The notes under the pieces were generated by a model. The model saw only the letters and a list, made by a program, of their open reading frames with translations, was not told the origin of the DNA and did no database searches. From the NCBI GenBank assembly GCA_902797915.1, contig CADBUK010000122.1, positions 1 through 37,584 of the forward strand: a stretch of 37,584 nt of DNA, read 5' to 3'. Below, piece by piece: positions 8,361 to 17,214 of this stretch. A program made the translations under genes and the position numbers. The DNA is from Oscillospiraceae bacterium. Lineage in GTDB: Bacteria > Bacillota > Clostridia > Oscillospirales > Acutalibacteraceae. The number at the start of each line of letters is the position of its first letter. Position 1 is the first letter of the stretch.

Positions 8361-8392
8361 AAAAAGGGGTGTTTCGCAACACCCCTTTTTTA
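8360..8392. terminator. Intrinsic terminator after jag
   Basis: AAAAAAGGGGTGTT-tcgc-AACACCCCTTTTTT. Confidence 0.8.
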
Positions 8393-9370
8393 CTATTCTT
8401 CGTTTGTTTCAGCTGCGGGTGCTGTGTTAACCTCAATTTTTCCGAATTTTGTAAAATCCTTCTGAATAGGCTTTGCCGCAGCCTTCGGTGCAGAGCCGTT
8501 GCCGCCCCTTCCGCCGCGATTGCCGCCGCGGGACTGCTGCTTAACTCCGCCGATGGGCTGAATAACAACTTTTCTGTCCTGCCCGTAACCGATGGACATT
8601 GACTCAACGCCCTCGATTTCCTGAACGGCAGTGTGAATAATCCTTCTTTCGTAAGGATTCATCGGCTCAAAGGTATATCTTCTGCCTGTACGGTTAACGT
8701 AATTTGCGTTCTTGCGGGCAAGATTACGCAGGGTTTCCGCTCTCTTTTCGCGGTAGTTGCCTACGTTGAGCGTAACTCTTACATATTTGCCGCTTGACTT
8801 TTTAACCTGAAGGCTTGTTAAATACTGAAGCGAATCAAGCGTTTCGCCCCTGTGGCCGATGATGATGCCGTAATCGTCGCACTCAATTGTGATTTCAAGC
8901 ACGCCGTCAACAACTGCGCCCGTAATCTGCGCGTCCTCAACCTTTAAGCCTTTTATCATTTCGCCGAGATATGCCTCTGCCGCTTTGATGTCAACGTCAG
9001 CCTCGGTAATCTTTACTTCTTCAATTTCCTCGTCAGCCTTTTCAGCCTTTGGTGCGGGCTTTTTAGGCGCGGGCTTTTCCGCCTTCTTTGCAGGCTGTTC
9101 CTTTTTGGGAGCGTCCTTCTTTGGCGCGTCCTTCTTTGGAGCCTCTTTCTTTGCGGGCTTCTGCTGCTTTTGCTTCTTTGGCTTTCTGCCGTCGTCGTAT
9201 GACGCTTTAACGGTTACCTCAGAGCTGCCGAAAAGACCGAAAAACTTTTTCTTTTTCTGCTCAACAATCTCTGTGTGAATTAACGCGTCGGCGGGGGCGT
9301 GAAGACCAAGCTTTGCCGCAGCCATAGCCTCGTCAAGACTTCTGCCTGTTGCGGTAAACTCTTTAATCAT
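8393..9370 (-). CDS. jag: RNA-binding protein Jag/KhpB/EloR
   Basis: Jag N-domain (KKFFGLFG), Lys/Pro linker, KH IIGHRGETLDSLQYL, R3H PMNPYERRIIH. Confidence 0.95.
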   Translation of the reverse strand: MIKEFTATGRSLDEAMAAAKLGLHAPADALIHTEIVEQKKKKFFGLFGSSEVTVKASYDDGRKPKKQKQQKPAKKEAPKKDAPKKDAPKKEQPAKKAEKPAPKKPAPKAEKADEEIEEVKITEADVDIKAAEAYLGEMIKGLKVEDAQITGAVVDGVLEITIECDDYGIIIGHRGETLDSLQYLTSLQVKKSSGKYVRVTLNVGNYREKRAETLRNLARKNANYVNRTGRRYTFEPMNPYERRIIHTAVQEIEGVESMSIGYGQDRKVVIQPIGGVKQQSRGGNRGGRGGNGSAPKAAAKPIQKDFTKFGKIEVNTAPAAETNEE

Positions 9371-9391
9371 AAGTTCCTCCGAATTTATCTG

Positions 9392-10381
9392 CTATTTAGT
9401 TCTTTTAATGCTTTCCTCTCTTGCGCGGCGCTCAATGGTGTTTTCAACCATCAGCTTTGCCTGACTCTTTTTGGGAGGATAGAATTTTGCAATAAACAGC
9501 TGCTGCAAAACTGCAACAACGTTTGAAATAATCCAGTAAAAACCAACAGCGGCAGGCACCTTGAACGCAATGTATAATGAGAAGAAGGGCATCATCAGCA
9601 TCATCATAAGCATACTGCCCATCTGCTTTGCCTGCGCGGGATTATTTTTCTTCTGAATAAGTGTTGAAATAACGGTTGAGGCCATAGAGGTAAGGAACGC
9701 AAAAATCGGAATAAGGATAATGCTGCCGCCCTTCCAGGTCGGAATTGCGGTCATATCCACGTTGCCGAGGTAAAGTCCCTGCCTGTACTCCTCAATTGCT
9801 GCCACCTTATCGTCGGTAAAAAGTGCGGGCAACTGTGCAACAAGCGTGTCCTTTAGCTCTGTCCAGTGCGCAAGCACGTTAAGCTGAAGGTAATTCTTGC
9901 TGTATCCTGCGCCCTCCATAATGGCGGTCAGTTCTTCGGTAAAGTTTGTTAAGTCGCTCATACCGATAATGTAGGAAAGGGGGTAATAGATAATACCGAT
10001 AATACCCATCAGGAAAACCATCTGGAAAACCATCGGCCCGCAGCCCATCTGCATCGGGTTGTGTCCCTCTCTCGCATAAAGCTCCTGCATTTCCTCGTTG
10101 AGCTTCATTCTGTCCTTCGGGTCAGGATATTTTTTTTGAATTTTCTGAATTTTCGGCTGCAGCCTTGCGGTTTTTGCAACGGTTTTCTGCTGTCTTACGT
10201 TAATCGGCAGCAGGATTACCCTTGTTACAACGGTAAAGATGATGATTGCAACAAAGTACTGGTTACCGAGAAGCTGAAGCAAAAACTCCATACATTTACC
10301 GAACACCCAGTACAGCGGCGCTAATAATCCGCCGCCCTGAGACATTGCGGCTGCAACAGGATTAATAAAAAGATTAATCAT
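9392..10381 (-). CDS. yidC: Membrane protein insertase YidC/Oxa1
   Basis: RVILLP...[12 protein letters not shown]...[18 protein letters not shown]; synteny. Confidence 0.93.
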   Translation of the reverse strand: MINLFINPVAAAMSQGGGLLAPLYWVFGKCMEFLLQLLGNQYFVAIIIFTVVTRVILLPINVRQQKTVAKTARLQPKIQKIQKKYPDPKDRMKLNEEMQELYAREGHNPMQMGCGPMVFQMVFLMGIIGIIYYPLSYIIGMSDLTNFTEELTAIMEGAGYSKNYLQLNVLAHWTELKDTLVAQLPALFTDDKVAAIEEYRQGLYLGNVDMTAIPTWKGGSIILIPIFAFLTSMASTVISTLIQKKNNPAQAKQMGSMLMMMLMMPFFSLYIAFKVPAAVGFYWIISNVVAVLQQLFIAKFYPPKKSQAKLMVENTIERRAREESIKRTK

Positions 10382-10632
10382 TCTTTTTCCTCGTTACTAT
10401 TCTTTTTTGGGGGAACGGGGTCGTATCCGCCCTTGTTAAACGGATTGCACCTCATAATTCGCCATACGGCAAGCGCGCTGCCCTTTAAAACCCCGTGCGT
10501 TTCAATCGCTTCAATCGCGTACTGCGAACAGGTGGGGGTAAAGCGGCAGGAGCCGTGTGAAAACCTCGGGCTTAAAGTAAGCTGATACGTTTCAATCAAA
10601 AATACGAACAGGCGTTTAATCGGATTTTTCAT
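10378..10632 (-). CDS. yidD: Membrane protein insertion efficiency factor
   Basis: [28 protein letters not shown]. Confidence 0.96.
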   Translation of the reverse strand: MKNPIKRLFVFLIETYQLTLSPRFSHGSCRFTPTCSQYAIEAIETHGVLKGSALAVWRIMRCNPFNKGGYDPVPPKKNSNEEKE

Positions 10633-10961
10633 TTAATCACACCTAAGTCGGCAAGCTGTTTTTCCATATCTGCAAGCACTGCCTGCATTTTAACAGCGGT
10701 AGTTCTTGTTCTTGCAACAAAAACGATGTCATAGCTGCCGTTAATTCTGCCCTCAAGCTGTGAAAACGCCGCTCTGATAATACGCCTTGCGCGGTTTCTC
10801 TGCACCGCGCCGCCGATTTTTTTGCCGCTTGTAATGCCCACTCGGGTTTGACCCTCGCGGTTTTTCATTGCGTAAGTAACCAAATTCGGCGAGGCAACGC
10901 TTTTTGCCCTGTAATATAAACGGCGAAAGTCCTTGTTTTCTTTAAGCGAACTGCTTTTCAC
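10629..10961 (-). CDS. rnpA: Ribonuclease P protein component
   Basis: [26 protein letters not shown] (RNR motif). Confidence 0.96.
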   Translation of the reverse strand: MKSSSLKENKDFRRLYYRAKSVASPNLVTYAMKNREGQTRVGITSGKKIGGAVQRNRARRIIRAAFSQLEGRINGSYDIVFVARTRTTAVKMQAVLADMEKQLADLGVIK

Positions 10962-10993
10962 AAATCATTCCCTCTGTTAGTTCAAAACAAAAA

Positions 10994-11128
10994 TTAGTAA
11001 GAAAGGGTTTTTCTGCCCTTTGCACGACGGCGGGCAAGTACTTTTCTGCCGCCTCTTGTGCTCATTCTCTTTCTGAAGCCATGCTCCTTCTGTGCGTGCC
11101 TTTTCTTCGGCTGAAATGTTCTCTTCAT
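10994..11128 (-). CDS. rpmH: 50S ribosomal protein L34
   Basis: Below ORF-track cutoff; translated by hand as [44 protein letters not shown] (44 aa). Confidence 0.97.
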   Translation of the reverse strand: MKRTFQPKKRHAQKEHGFRKRMSTRGGRKVLARRRAKGRKTLSY

Positions 11129-11200
11129 TAAATTCACTACCTTTCTAAGAATAAACTTGTCTTATTTCTTTATTTTCTCTGCACGGTATAGTGCAGGCAT

Positions 11201-11430
11201 TAACAACATTCGGGCGTGCACGAATGTTGTTAACATCCGAGCAACGCGAGGATACTTCATTTGCGCCTTGCGCAAACTTCACAGCGCAGCTACTTCACAA
11301 ATCCGCCGGGATTTACTTCATTCTTTAGTGAAATGCTTTGCGTTGCAAACCGTGAAATACCGTTGTTTCACAACAGCGTGAAATAATTTGCACGGCAAAT
11401 TGTGAAATATTCGGGCGTTGCCCGAACGTG
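11201..11430. repeat. Linker/mini-hairpin array, locus 2 (convergent ACTTCA x4 / GTGAAAT x4)
   Basis: ACTTCA at 11254, 11276, 11292, 11315; GTGAAAT at 11328, 11352, 11378, 11402; spacers are short palindromes. Confidence 0.8.
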
Positions 11431-11451
11431 TACATGCGCCAAGCGTTAGAT

Positions 11452-11481
11452 ATTATATATTATAAAAGGGCGGCTTGTCAA
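11452..11481 (-). promoter_or_regulatory. Putative sigma-A promoter for rpmH operon
   Basis: TTGACA (11481-11476), 18 nt spacer, TATAAT (11457-11452) on minus strand. Confidence 0.6.
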
Positions 11482-11535
11482 TAAAAAAATAATAAATCTT
11501 GTTTTTATTAAAATTATATATTATAATAGCACTAT

Positions 11536-12381
11536 ATGTTGGGGGTGTGCGTGTTGACGGCAACTAAAACAAAAAAAATATTGCTTACTCTTGCAGTTGC
11601 GGCGTCCGTTATTCTGCCCGCTTTTGTGTTTACCGACATAAAAACAGGCTTTTTTCTGCTGAACCTCCGCTTTACCTCGCTCAAGCTTGTGCTTAGCTTG
11701 CTGCTGCCGCTTTGTACCGCGCTTTTTTATATCGCAAAAATAAAAAGCCTTCGGGTGCTGTCCGCAATAATGCTGCTTGTTCAGCCCTCCTTCGTGCTTT
11801 TTACGCTCGCGTTCAGAAATTATTATGAGCGTTATTCGGCTTATAACATTTATTATCATTACGCCTACGGGCTTCTGGCGTTTTTCGCCGTGCTTTTTGC
11901 CGTTATTTCGGCGGCTCGGCGCAAAAAAATAAGCGCCTCTGATTTTGAGCTGTTTTACAGGCGCTTTTTTGTCGGTTATGCTTTTGTTTTTATTTACCTG
12001 TTTATTCAGCTTTTCTACCTTTCACGGCTTGACGTTTCGCTCGGCACGGTTAATTTAATACCGTTTTCGGGCGAAATCCGCCACGCCGCAGCTAATCTTA
12101 AATACCCCGGCGTTGTCGTTCACACTGCGGGAAACGTGCTGTTTTTCTCCTCGTTTTCGCTGCTGCTTTACGCGTTTTTCGGCGGCAAAATCAAAAGCGG
12201 GGCGGTGGAGCTGCTGCTGTATATCGGCTGTCCGTTTGCCGTCAGCGTTCTGTGCGAAATTTCCCAGTATATAACAACGGCGGGCAACGCTGACGTTGAC
12301 GATGTAATTTTAAATATTCTTGGCGCGGCAATCGGCTTTTTTGCCGTGCGCTTTATTAAAAAATCATTTTCGGAGGATTAA
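11536..12381 (+). CDS. VanZ-family membrane protein
   Basis: Multiple TM segments; C-terminal NLIPF...GNVLFF...EISQY...DVDDVILNILGA VanZ motifs. Exact start uncertain. Confidence 0.8.
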   Translation: MLGVCVLTATKTKKILLTLAVAASVILPAFVFTDIKTGFFLLNLRFTSLKLVLSLLLPLCTALFYIAKIKSLRVLSAIMLLVQPSFVLFTLAFRNYYERYSAYNIYYHYAYGLLAFFAVLFAVISAARRKKISASDFELFYRRFFVGYAFVFIYLFIQLFYLSRLDVSLGTVNLIPFSGEIRHAAANLKYPGVVVHTAGNVLFFSSFSLLLYAFFGGKIKSGAVELLLYIGCPFAVSVLCEISQYITTAGNADVDDVILNILGAAIGFFAVRFIKKSFSED

Positions 12382-12383
12382 AT

Positions 12384-13061
12384 ATGTTTGGAATTATCGG
12401 TGCAATGGATGTTGAAATTGAGGCTGTAAAAAACAAGGTTTCACAGCCGAAAATCACTGTTTTTGCGGGCTGTGAATTTGTCTGCGGAACAATTAACGGG
12501 GCTGAAGTTTGCGTTGCGAAATGCAATCCCGGCAAGGTTAACGCCGCGCTTTGCACACAGGCAATGATTGACCGCTTCGGCGTTTCGGCAATCATAAATC
12601 TCGGCGTTGCCTGCTCGCTCAGCAGGGATATTACAATAAAAACTATCGTCGTTGCAACCGAGGTCTGCCAGTACGATTTTGACACCTCTGCCCTTGGCGA
12701 GCCAAAGGGTATGGTTTATAATAATATGACAAAATTCCCGACGGATAAAGCGCTTTCAAACGCGCTTTTTGCCGCCGCCGAAGCCTGCGGCGCAACCGTT
12801 CACCGCGGCTGTATCGCAAGCGGGGACACCTTTATTGCTTCTCAGGCGCTCAAGGATGAAATCGTGCGCGATTTCGGCGCCGTCTGCGGCGAAATGGAGG
12901 GCGGCTCAATCGGCCACGTCTGCTATGTAAACGGCGTTCCCTTCGCGGTTTTGCGCTCAATCAGCGACGGGGGCGACGGCGAAGCGTCCATTGATTACCC
13001 CGCATTTAAGGAAATTGCCGCCGCAATGTCGTCCGAAATTCTGCTGCATTTTTTCAAATAA
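12384..13061 (+). CDS. mtnN: MTA/SAH nucleosidase
   Basis: GIIGAMDVE, GKVNAA, SGDTF, EMEGG, LRSISD. Confidence 0.92.
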   Translation: MFGIIGAMDVEIEAVKNKVSQPKITVFAGCEFVCGTINGAEVCVAKCNPGKVNAALCTQAMIDRFGVSAIINLGVACSLSRDITIKTIVVATEVCQYDFDTSALGEPKGMVYNNMTKFPTDKALSNALFAAAEACGATVHRGCIASGDTFIASQALKDEIVRDFGAVCGEMEGGSIGHVCYVNGVPFAVLRSISDGGDGEASIDYPAFKEIAAAMSSEILLHFFK

Positions 13062-13086
13062 AAAAGGGAAGGCGTTGCCTTCCCGT
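13060..13086. terminator. Terminator hairpin between convergent genes
   Basis: AAAAAAGGGAAGGC-gtt-GCCTTCCC. Confidence 0.6.
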
Positions 13087-13089
13087 AGC

Positions 13090-13734
13090 TTATTCAAATA
13101 TGTAATTTTCCATCAGATATTTTTCGGCGCCCTTAACAATCATCTGCAGGGTTTCGCTTTCCAGATTCATTATTTCCTCGCCGCCGCGGTATTCGTTCAT
13201 CGCGAAGCGGGAATGTAAAACGGTGGTAGCCGCCGCGGCAAGCTCGTGCCCTACGTTATAGTCAAGCATAAACATATCCTTAGGCAGCGCGCCGACCTTT
13301 GCAAGTGTAAGCGCAATGCTGTAAAGCGACAGCAAATAGCAGTCGTGCAGGTAGTTGAAGCTGTAGCGCTTGTTGTCTGTTTTAATTGCGGCGTCAACCA
13401 GAATTTTCATTCCCTGCGACAGACTTTTCATCGCTTCCTCGCTTTGAATTTCGCCTGAAATTTTGGAAAAATACTCCTCGTTCATTCCGTGTCTTACGTC
13501 TGAAACGCCAAGCAGGTAATCGGTTGAAACCCCGTAATATTCGCTGCAGCGGATAACGAAATCAAGCCCGCATTCGCGTATGCCCTTTTCGTAGTGGCTC
13601 AGCAGCGCCTGACTTATACCCAAATCCGCCGCCGCTTTCTTCTGGCTGTAGCCCTTTTCTTTTCTCAGCTGTGATAATATCGCGGCAAAGCGGGTGGCTT
13701 TTTCCCTCTTGTCCGCAGTAACTTTGCTTTCCAT
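13090..13734 (-). CDS. XRE-family HTH transcriptional regulator
   Basis: LRKEKGYSQKKAAADLGISQALLSHYEKGIRE...VSTDYLLG; unknown C-terminal domain. Confidence 0.85.
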   Translation of the reverse strand: MESKVTADKREKATRFAAILSQLRKEKGYSQKKAAADLGISQALLSHYEKGIRECGLDFVIRCSEYYGVSTDYLLGVSDVRHGMNEEYFSKISGEIQSEEAMKSLSQGMKILVDAAIKTDNKRYSFNYLHDCYLLSLYSIALTLAKVGALPKDMFMLDYNVGHELAAAATTVLHSRFAMNEYRGGEEIMNLESETLQMIVKGAEKYLMENYIFE

Positions 13735-13912
13735 AAATCTTTATCCCTCTTATCGCGTACGCGTCGTTTTTATACACACTGTATTATAACGCTGATTATA
13801 CCCTTTGTAAACAGGTTTGCGGCGTTGTAAACAAATTGTAATATAAACCGCGTTTTTCGGCGGTTTTTGCTTATAAAAACAAATTTTTCCGCATTTTTTC
13901 GGAGGTCAAATT

Positions 13913-14545
13913 ATGAAAACTTACACTTTATATTTCTTCCGCCACGGGCTGACGAAGGGAAATATCAACGCACAGTATATTGGGCACACGGATTATCCGC
14001 TAACTATGGATAGTATATCCGAGCTGAAAAAAATCAAGGCAAAGCACCATTATCCGCAGGTGGACGCGGTGTTTTCCTCACCGCTTAAAAGGTGCCTTGA
14101 CTCTGCAAACATTATGTTTCCGAAAAATAACCCAATTGTAATAAATGATTTAATCGAGTACGATTTCGGCGAATTTGAGGAGCTGACCGCCAAGGATTTG
14201 GAGAACAACGAGGACTTCAGAAACTGGCTGCGCGGGGATATAAACGCCGCCCCGCCGCACGGCGAATCAAACGCGCAGTTCATTCACAGGGTGTGCGACG
14301 CGTTTGAAAAAATTGTTGAGGGTATGATGAACACGGGCATTGAAACCTGCGCAATAGTGGGGCACGCGGGCGTGCTTATGACCTTGCTTTCCTGCTACGG
14401 AATTCCCGAGGCGCCCATGGCGCACTGGCAGATGGACGCGGGCTACGGCTACAAGCTGCGCATAACCCCGTCGCTCTGGTCGCAGGCTCAGAAGCTTGAG
14501 GTCGTTGACCTCGCCCCGCAGAGCCTTGCGGAGCAAGGCGGCTAA
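13913..14545 (+). CDS. Histidine phosphatase family protein (PGM/CobC-like)
   Basis: RHGLT, SSPLKRC, EYDFGEFE, GES, VGHAG. Confidence 0.88.
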   Translation: MKTYTLYFFRHGLTKGNINAQYIGHTDYPLTMDSISELKKIKAKHHYPQVDAVFSSPLKRCLDSANIMFPKNNPIVINDLIEYDFGEFEELTAKDLENNEDFRNWLRGDINAAPPHGESNAQFIHRVCDAFEKIVEGMMNTGIETCAIVGHAGVLMTLLSCYGIPEAPMAHWQMDAGYGYKLRITPSLWSQAQKLEVVDLAPQSLAEQGG

Positions 14546-14646
14546 GTTCACCTTCGGTGAGCTAAATTCAGTTTGCAACTGAGCTAAGTTTGCCTGCGGC
14601 AAGCTAAAAGCTGCGAAGCAATTTAGCTTATGAAATAAATTTAGCT
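14523..14646. repeat. Linker/mini-hairpin array, locus 3 (AGCTAARTT-type x4, inverted x2)
   Basis: Linkers at 14540, 14560, 14582, 14602 (last degenerate); inverted AATTTAGCT at 14620 and 14638; palindromic spacers. Confidence 0.8.
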
Positions 14647-14647
14647 G

Positions 14648-14681
14648 TAAAAAAGAGAGGCCGTTTGGCCTCTCTTTTTTA
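14648..14681. terminator. Bidirectional terminator
   Basis: TAAAAAAGAGAGGCC-gttt-GGCCTCTCTTTTTTA between convergent genes. Confidence 0.85.
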
Positions 14682-15389
14682 CATATTCTTCCATCCGGTT
14701 GAAACTATATTTTCGTGCTTGCCGACGTGGGTAATAATCTTTTCAATCAGCTCGTTATCCTTCTTCTTTGTGGAAACCTCGGCGGTAATTCTTTCGTTGC
14801 CGTTATCCGTGCCCACCATATCGAGCTTGCGCAGCAGAATATTGTCCAAATCCCTGATATACTGCACGATGTGGGTTTTTATTTCGTCCGCATTATCCTC
14901 GGTGCAGACGATGGAAATTTTATAAAACGCTTCCTGATTTTTCAGCTTTTCCTTGTTATAACGCTGGGTTTTGTTAATGAATTCGGAAAGCGGGTGCAAA
15001 ATCAGATGGCTGATAACAATCGTTACCGCAACGATTATTGCAAACCAGATTCGGTCCAGACAGCAGAGTATGCCCACCGCCGCGGAAGCCCAGATTGAAG
15101 CCGCGGTTGTAAGCCCCTTAACCTTGGTGCCGTCGCTTAAAATTACGCCCGCGCCCAAGAAGCCGATACCCGAAACAATTGCCGCGGCTACTCGGGTTAA
15201 GTCAACCCCGTCGGTAAAGCCGAGGTATGAAAACGCCGTAAACGCAAACGAACCCACGCACACAATAACGTTTGTTAAAATACCTGTAACGTGGTTTGTA
15301 AGCTGGCGCTCAAGCCCCATAAACACGCCAAGCACTGCGGCAAGGGCAATTCTGATAATAAAGCCTGAAATCGTAATAATTTCCGGCAT
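14679..15389 (-). CDS. MgtC/SapB family membrane protein
   Basis: GLERQ, TRVAAAIVSGIGFLGAGVI, GLTTAASIW; ACT-like C-terminus. Start set at MPEII after a GAAAGGA RBS. Confidence 0.9.
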   Translation of the reverse strand: MPEIITISGFIIRIALAAVLGVFMGLERQLTNHVTGILTNVIVCVGSFAFTAFSYLGFTDGVDLTRVAAAIVSGIGFLGAGVILSDGTKVKGLTTAASIWASAAVGILCCLDRIWFAIIVAVTIVISHLILHPLSEFINKTQRYNKEKLKNQEAFYKISIVCTEDNADEIKTHIVQYIRDLDNILLRKLDMVGTDNGNERITAEVSTKKKDNELIEKIITHVGKHENIVSTGWKNM

Positions 15390-15415
15390 TTTAATCATTC
15401 CTTTCAAAAAGTGTT

Positions 15416-15452
15416 ATACGATACAGGGAAACGTTCCCTGTATCGTATTTTC
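15416..15452. terminator. Hairpin after LCP gene
   Basis: ATACGATACAGGGAA-acg-TTCCCTGTATCGTAT perfect stem. Confidence 0.6.
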
Positions 15453-15458
15453 ATAAAA

Positions 15459-17024
15459 TCAATTTGCTTTTGTTGACAGCTTGTTGCTTTCGCTGAGGTC
15501 TGCAAACGCGGGGCGTTTTTCAGCCAGCGTAATGTTGGTTTTGCCGTAAATCTTTGTCTGCATAACCTGCGCCGCAAGCGGATAGTCCACCTTCCAGACC
15601 CATGCGCCGAACGCCTCGCCGCCCTTGCAGGTGGTAATAACCTTGCCGTCCTCGGTGGTTTCGTTCTGCGGCACGGTGTGTGTTTGCGTTTCAAAGCTCA
15701 GCCACTCGTTTTTAAGCGCATATTTTGTTATGCCTACTATTTCGTTTTTCCTGTAGCCCGTCTTAACGTAGGGCAGCAGGTCGTTAATAATCTCTGCGGA
15801 TTTCAGGGTTGAAGCGGTCTGCGCCTTTTCAAAAAGCTGCAGCAGCACTGTCTTCTGCCTGTCGCCGCGGACAACGTCGGAGTCTATCTTTCTTATTCTG
15901 CAGTAAGCCAGCGCCTGCTCTCCCGTAAGGTGCAGCAAGCCTGCCTCGCCGTCAATGTAAACATCGCCGTAGCGGTCGGGGTTATTGTTGATTTCCTTGA
16001 TTTCCTTTGCGGTCATCTCAATATCCACACCGCCGAGCGCGTCAATAATTTTCTCAAAGCTGTTGAAATTAACAATCGCGTAGTTGTCAATGTTAATCTT
16101 AAACAAATGCTCAACCGCGCGGATGTAGCAGTCAATGCCGCCGTCGCTCATTGCGGCGTTAATTTTGTCAAACTTGCCGCTGCTTTCGTCGCCCTCCGTA
16201 ACCTCGTAATAGCAATAGGAATCGCGCAGGACTGATGTAAGCGTAATCTTCTGCGTGTCAATGTTAACGCTTACGATTATTGCCGAATCGGCGCGGGTTT
16301 CGTCGTCCATAATTTCGTCGTCGCGGGTGTCCTCGCCGATAAGCAGAACGTTAAGCACGTGGGTGGACGAAGCGGGGGTGCCGTTGTAGTACCAGCGCTT
16401 AACCATATCCTTGTAGGAAAGCACGTCAGCCTTGCCGTCCTCATAAATCGGGTTAAAGCTTTCGTGCAGCTCGTCCATACCCGTCCATTCCTCAAGCGCG
16501 GTGCTGTCCGTTTCGTCAGAAGCGTTGTTAAGCGCGTGGTCAACGTAAAAGTACCCGCCCACAAGCACAGCCAAAATAATAACAAGCAGCGCAAAAATAA
16601 CCTTCTTCAGAATTCTGCCCGTTTTGCTCTGCTGCTTTTTGCTTTCAAGCTTAACGGGGGCAATCTGCGGCTCGGCGTATTCGGGAGCTTCCTCCTTTGC
16701 GCTCAGCTCAAACAGGTCAACCGCGTCCTCCTCGGGCGCGTTTTCCTCGGGCTCTTCAATCGGCTCGCCGATTTCCTCCGCCTCCTGCACGCCGCTGCTC
16801 ACGTCCTCGTATTCATCCGCAGGCTCAGCCTCCTGCTCGGTAAGCTCAAAATCGTCCGCCGTTTCTTCAATAATATCCTCCGCGCTCGGCTCTGCCTCAG
16901 GCGCGTCTTCTTTAATATTCTGCTCTTTTACAGGCTCATTATTCGCTTTAACAAGGGCTTCGTTTTCCTCTCGGCGCTTTTTAACCTCCTGCAAAATGTC
17001 GTCAACATCATAGGGATTGCTCAC
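15459..17024 (-). CDS. LCP (LytR-CpsA-Psr) family cell-wall polymer transferase
   Basis: Acidic N-tail, single TM, NVLLIGED, RADS, SVLRDSY, KINAA, AYCRIRK, RGDRQ. Likely GTG start at 17024 behind AAAGGAG. Confidence 0.9.
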   Translation of the reverse strand: MSNPYDVDDILQEVKKRREENEALVKANNEPVKEQNIKEDAPEAEPSAEDIIEETADDFELTEQEAEPADEYEDVSSGVQEAEEIGEPIEEPEENAPEEDAVDLFELSAKEEAPEYAEPQIAPVKLESKKQQSKTGRILKKVIFALLVIILAVLVGGYFYVDHALNNASDETDSTALEEWTGMDELHESFNPIYEDGKADVLSYKDMVKRWYYNGTPASSTHVLNVLLIGEDTRDDEIMDDETRADSAIIVSVNIDTQKITLTSVLRDSYCYYEVTEGDESSGKFDKINAAMSDGGIDCYIRAVEHLFKINIDNYAIVNFNSFEKIIDALGGVDIEMTAKEIKEINNNPDRYGDVYIDGEAGLLHLTGEQALAYCRIRKIDSDVVRGDRQKTVLLQLFEKAQTASTLKSAEIINDLLPYVKTGYRKNEIVGITKYALKNEWLSFETQTHTVPQNETTEDGKVITTCKGGEAFGAWVWKVDYPLAAQVMQTKIYGKTNITLAEKRPAFADLSESNKLSTKAN

Positions 17025-17125
17025 TCGGTCATCTCCTTTCGGTGTTTTCTGCATAATATTATATATTAAATTTCGATTTTTTTCAACATTAATCAATCAG
17101 TTGACATAGTTTTTTAATAAAGTGA

Positions 17126-17207
17126 CGGGACGCCGTGGGCGGCGTCCCCTACAAGCCCGCAACAGCGTTTCGGGAAAAATGTAGGGGGCGCCGACCTCGG
17201 CGCCCCG
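17126..17207. repeat. Inverted doublet of GTAG-type REP sequences
   Basis: TGTAGGGGACGCCG-ccca-CGGCGTCCCG on minus (17153-17126) and TGTAGGGGGCGCCGA-cc-TCGGCGCCCCG on plus (17180-17207). Confidence 0.75.
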
Positions 17208-17214
17208 TTTTTAT

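Noticed and set aside
9040-9190. KKDAP-type repeats in jag
   Set aside because: Ordinary low-complexity linker between Jag domains.
11157-11381. 74-aa ORF over the rpmH leader; likewise 8266-8607, 17135-17476 and 19711-20020
   Set aside because: They run through non-coding repeat elements and lack RBS or coding signature.
13845-13857. AAACCGCG(CG)TTTT seen at 13845, 24866 and 34993
   Set aside because: Short, in unrelated contexts, and consistent with the genome's base composition; not enough for a regulon claim.
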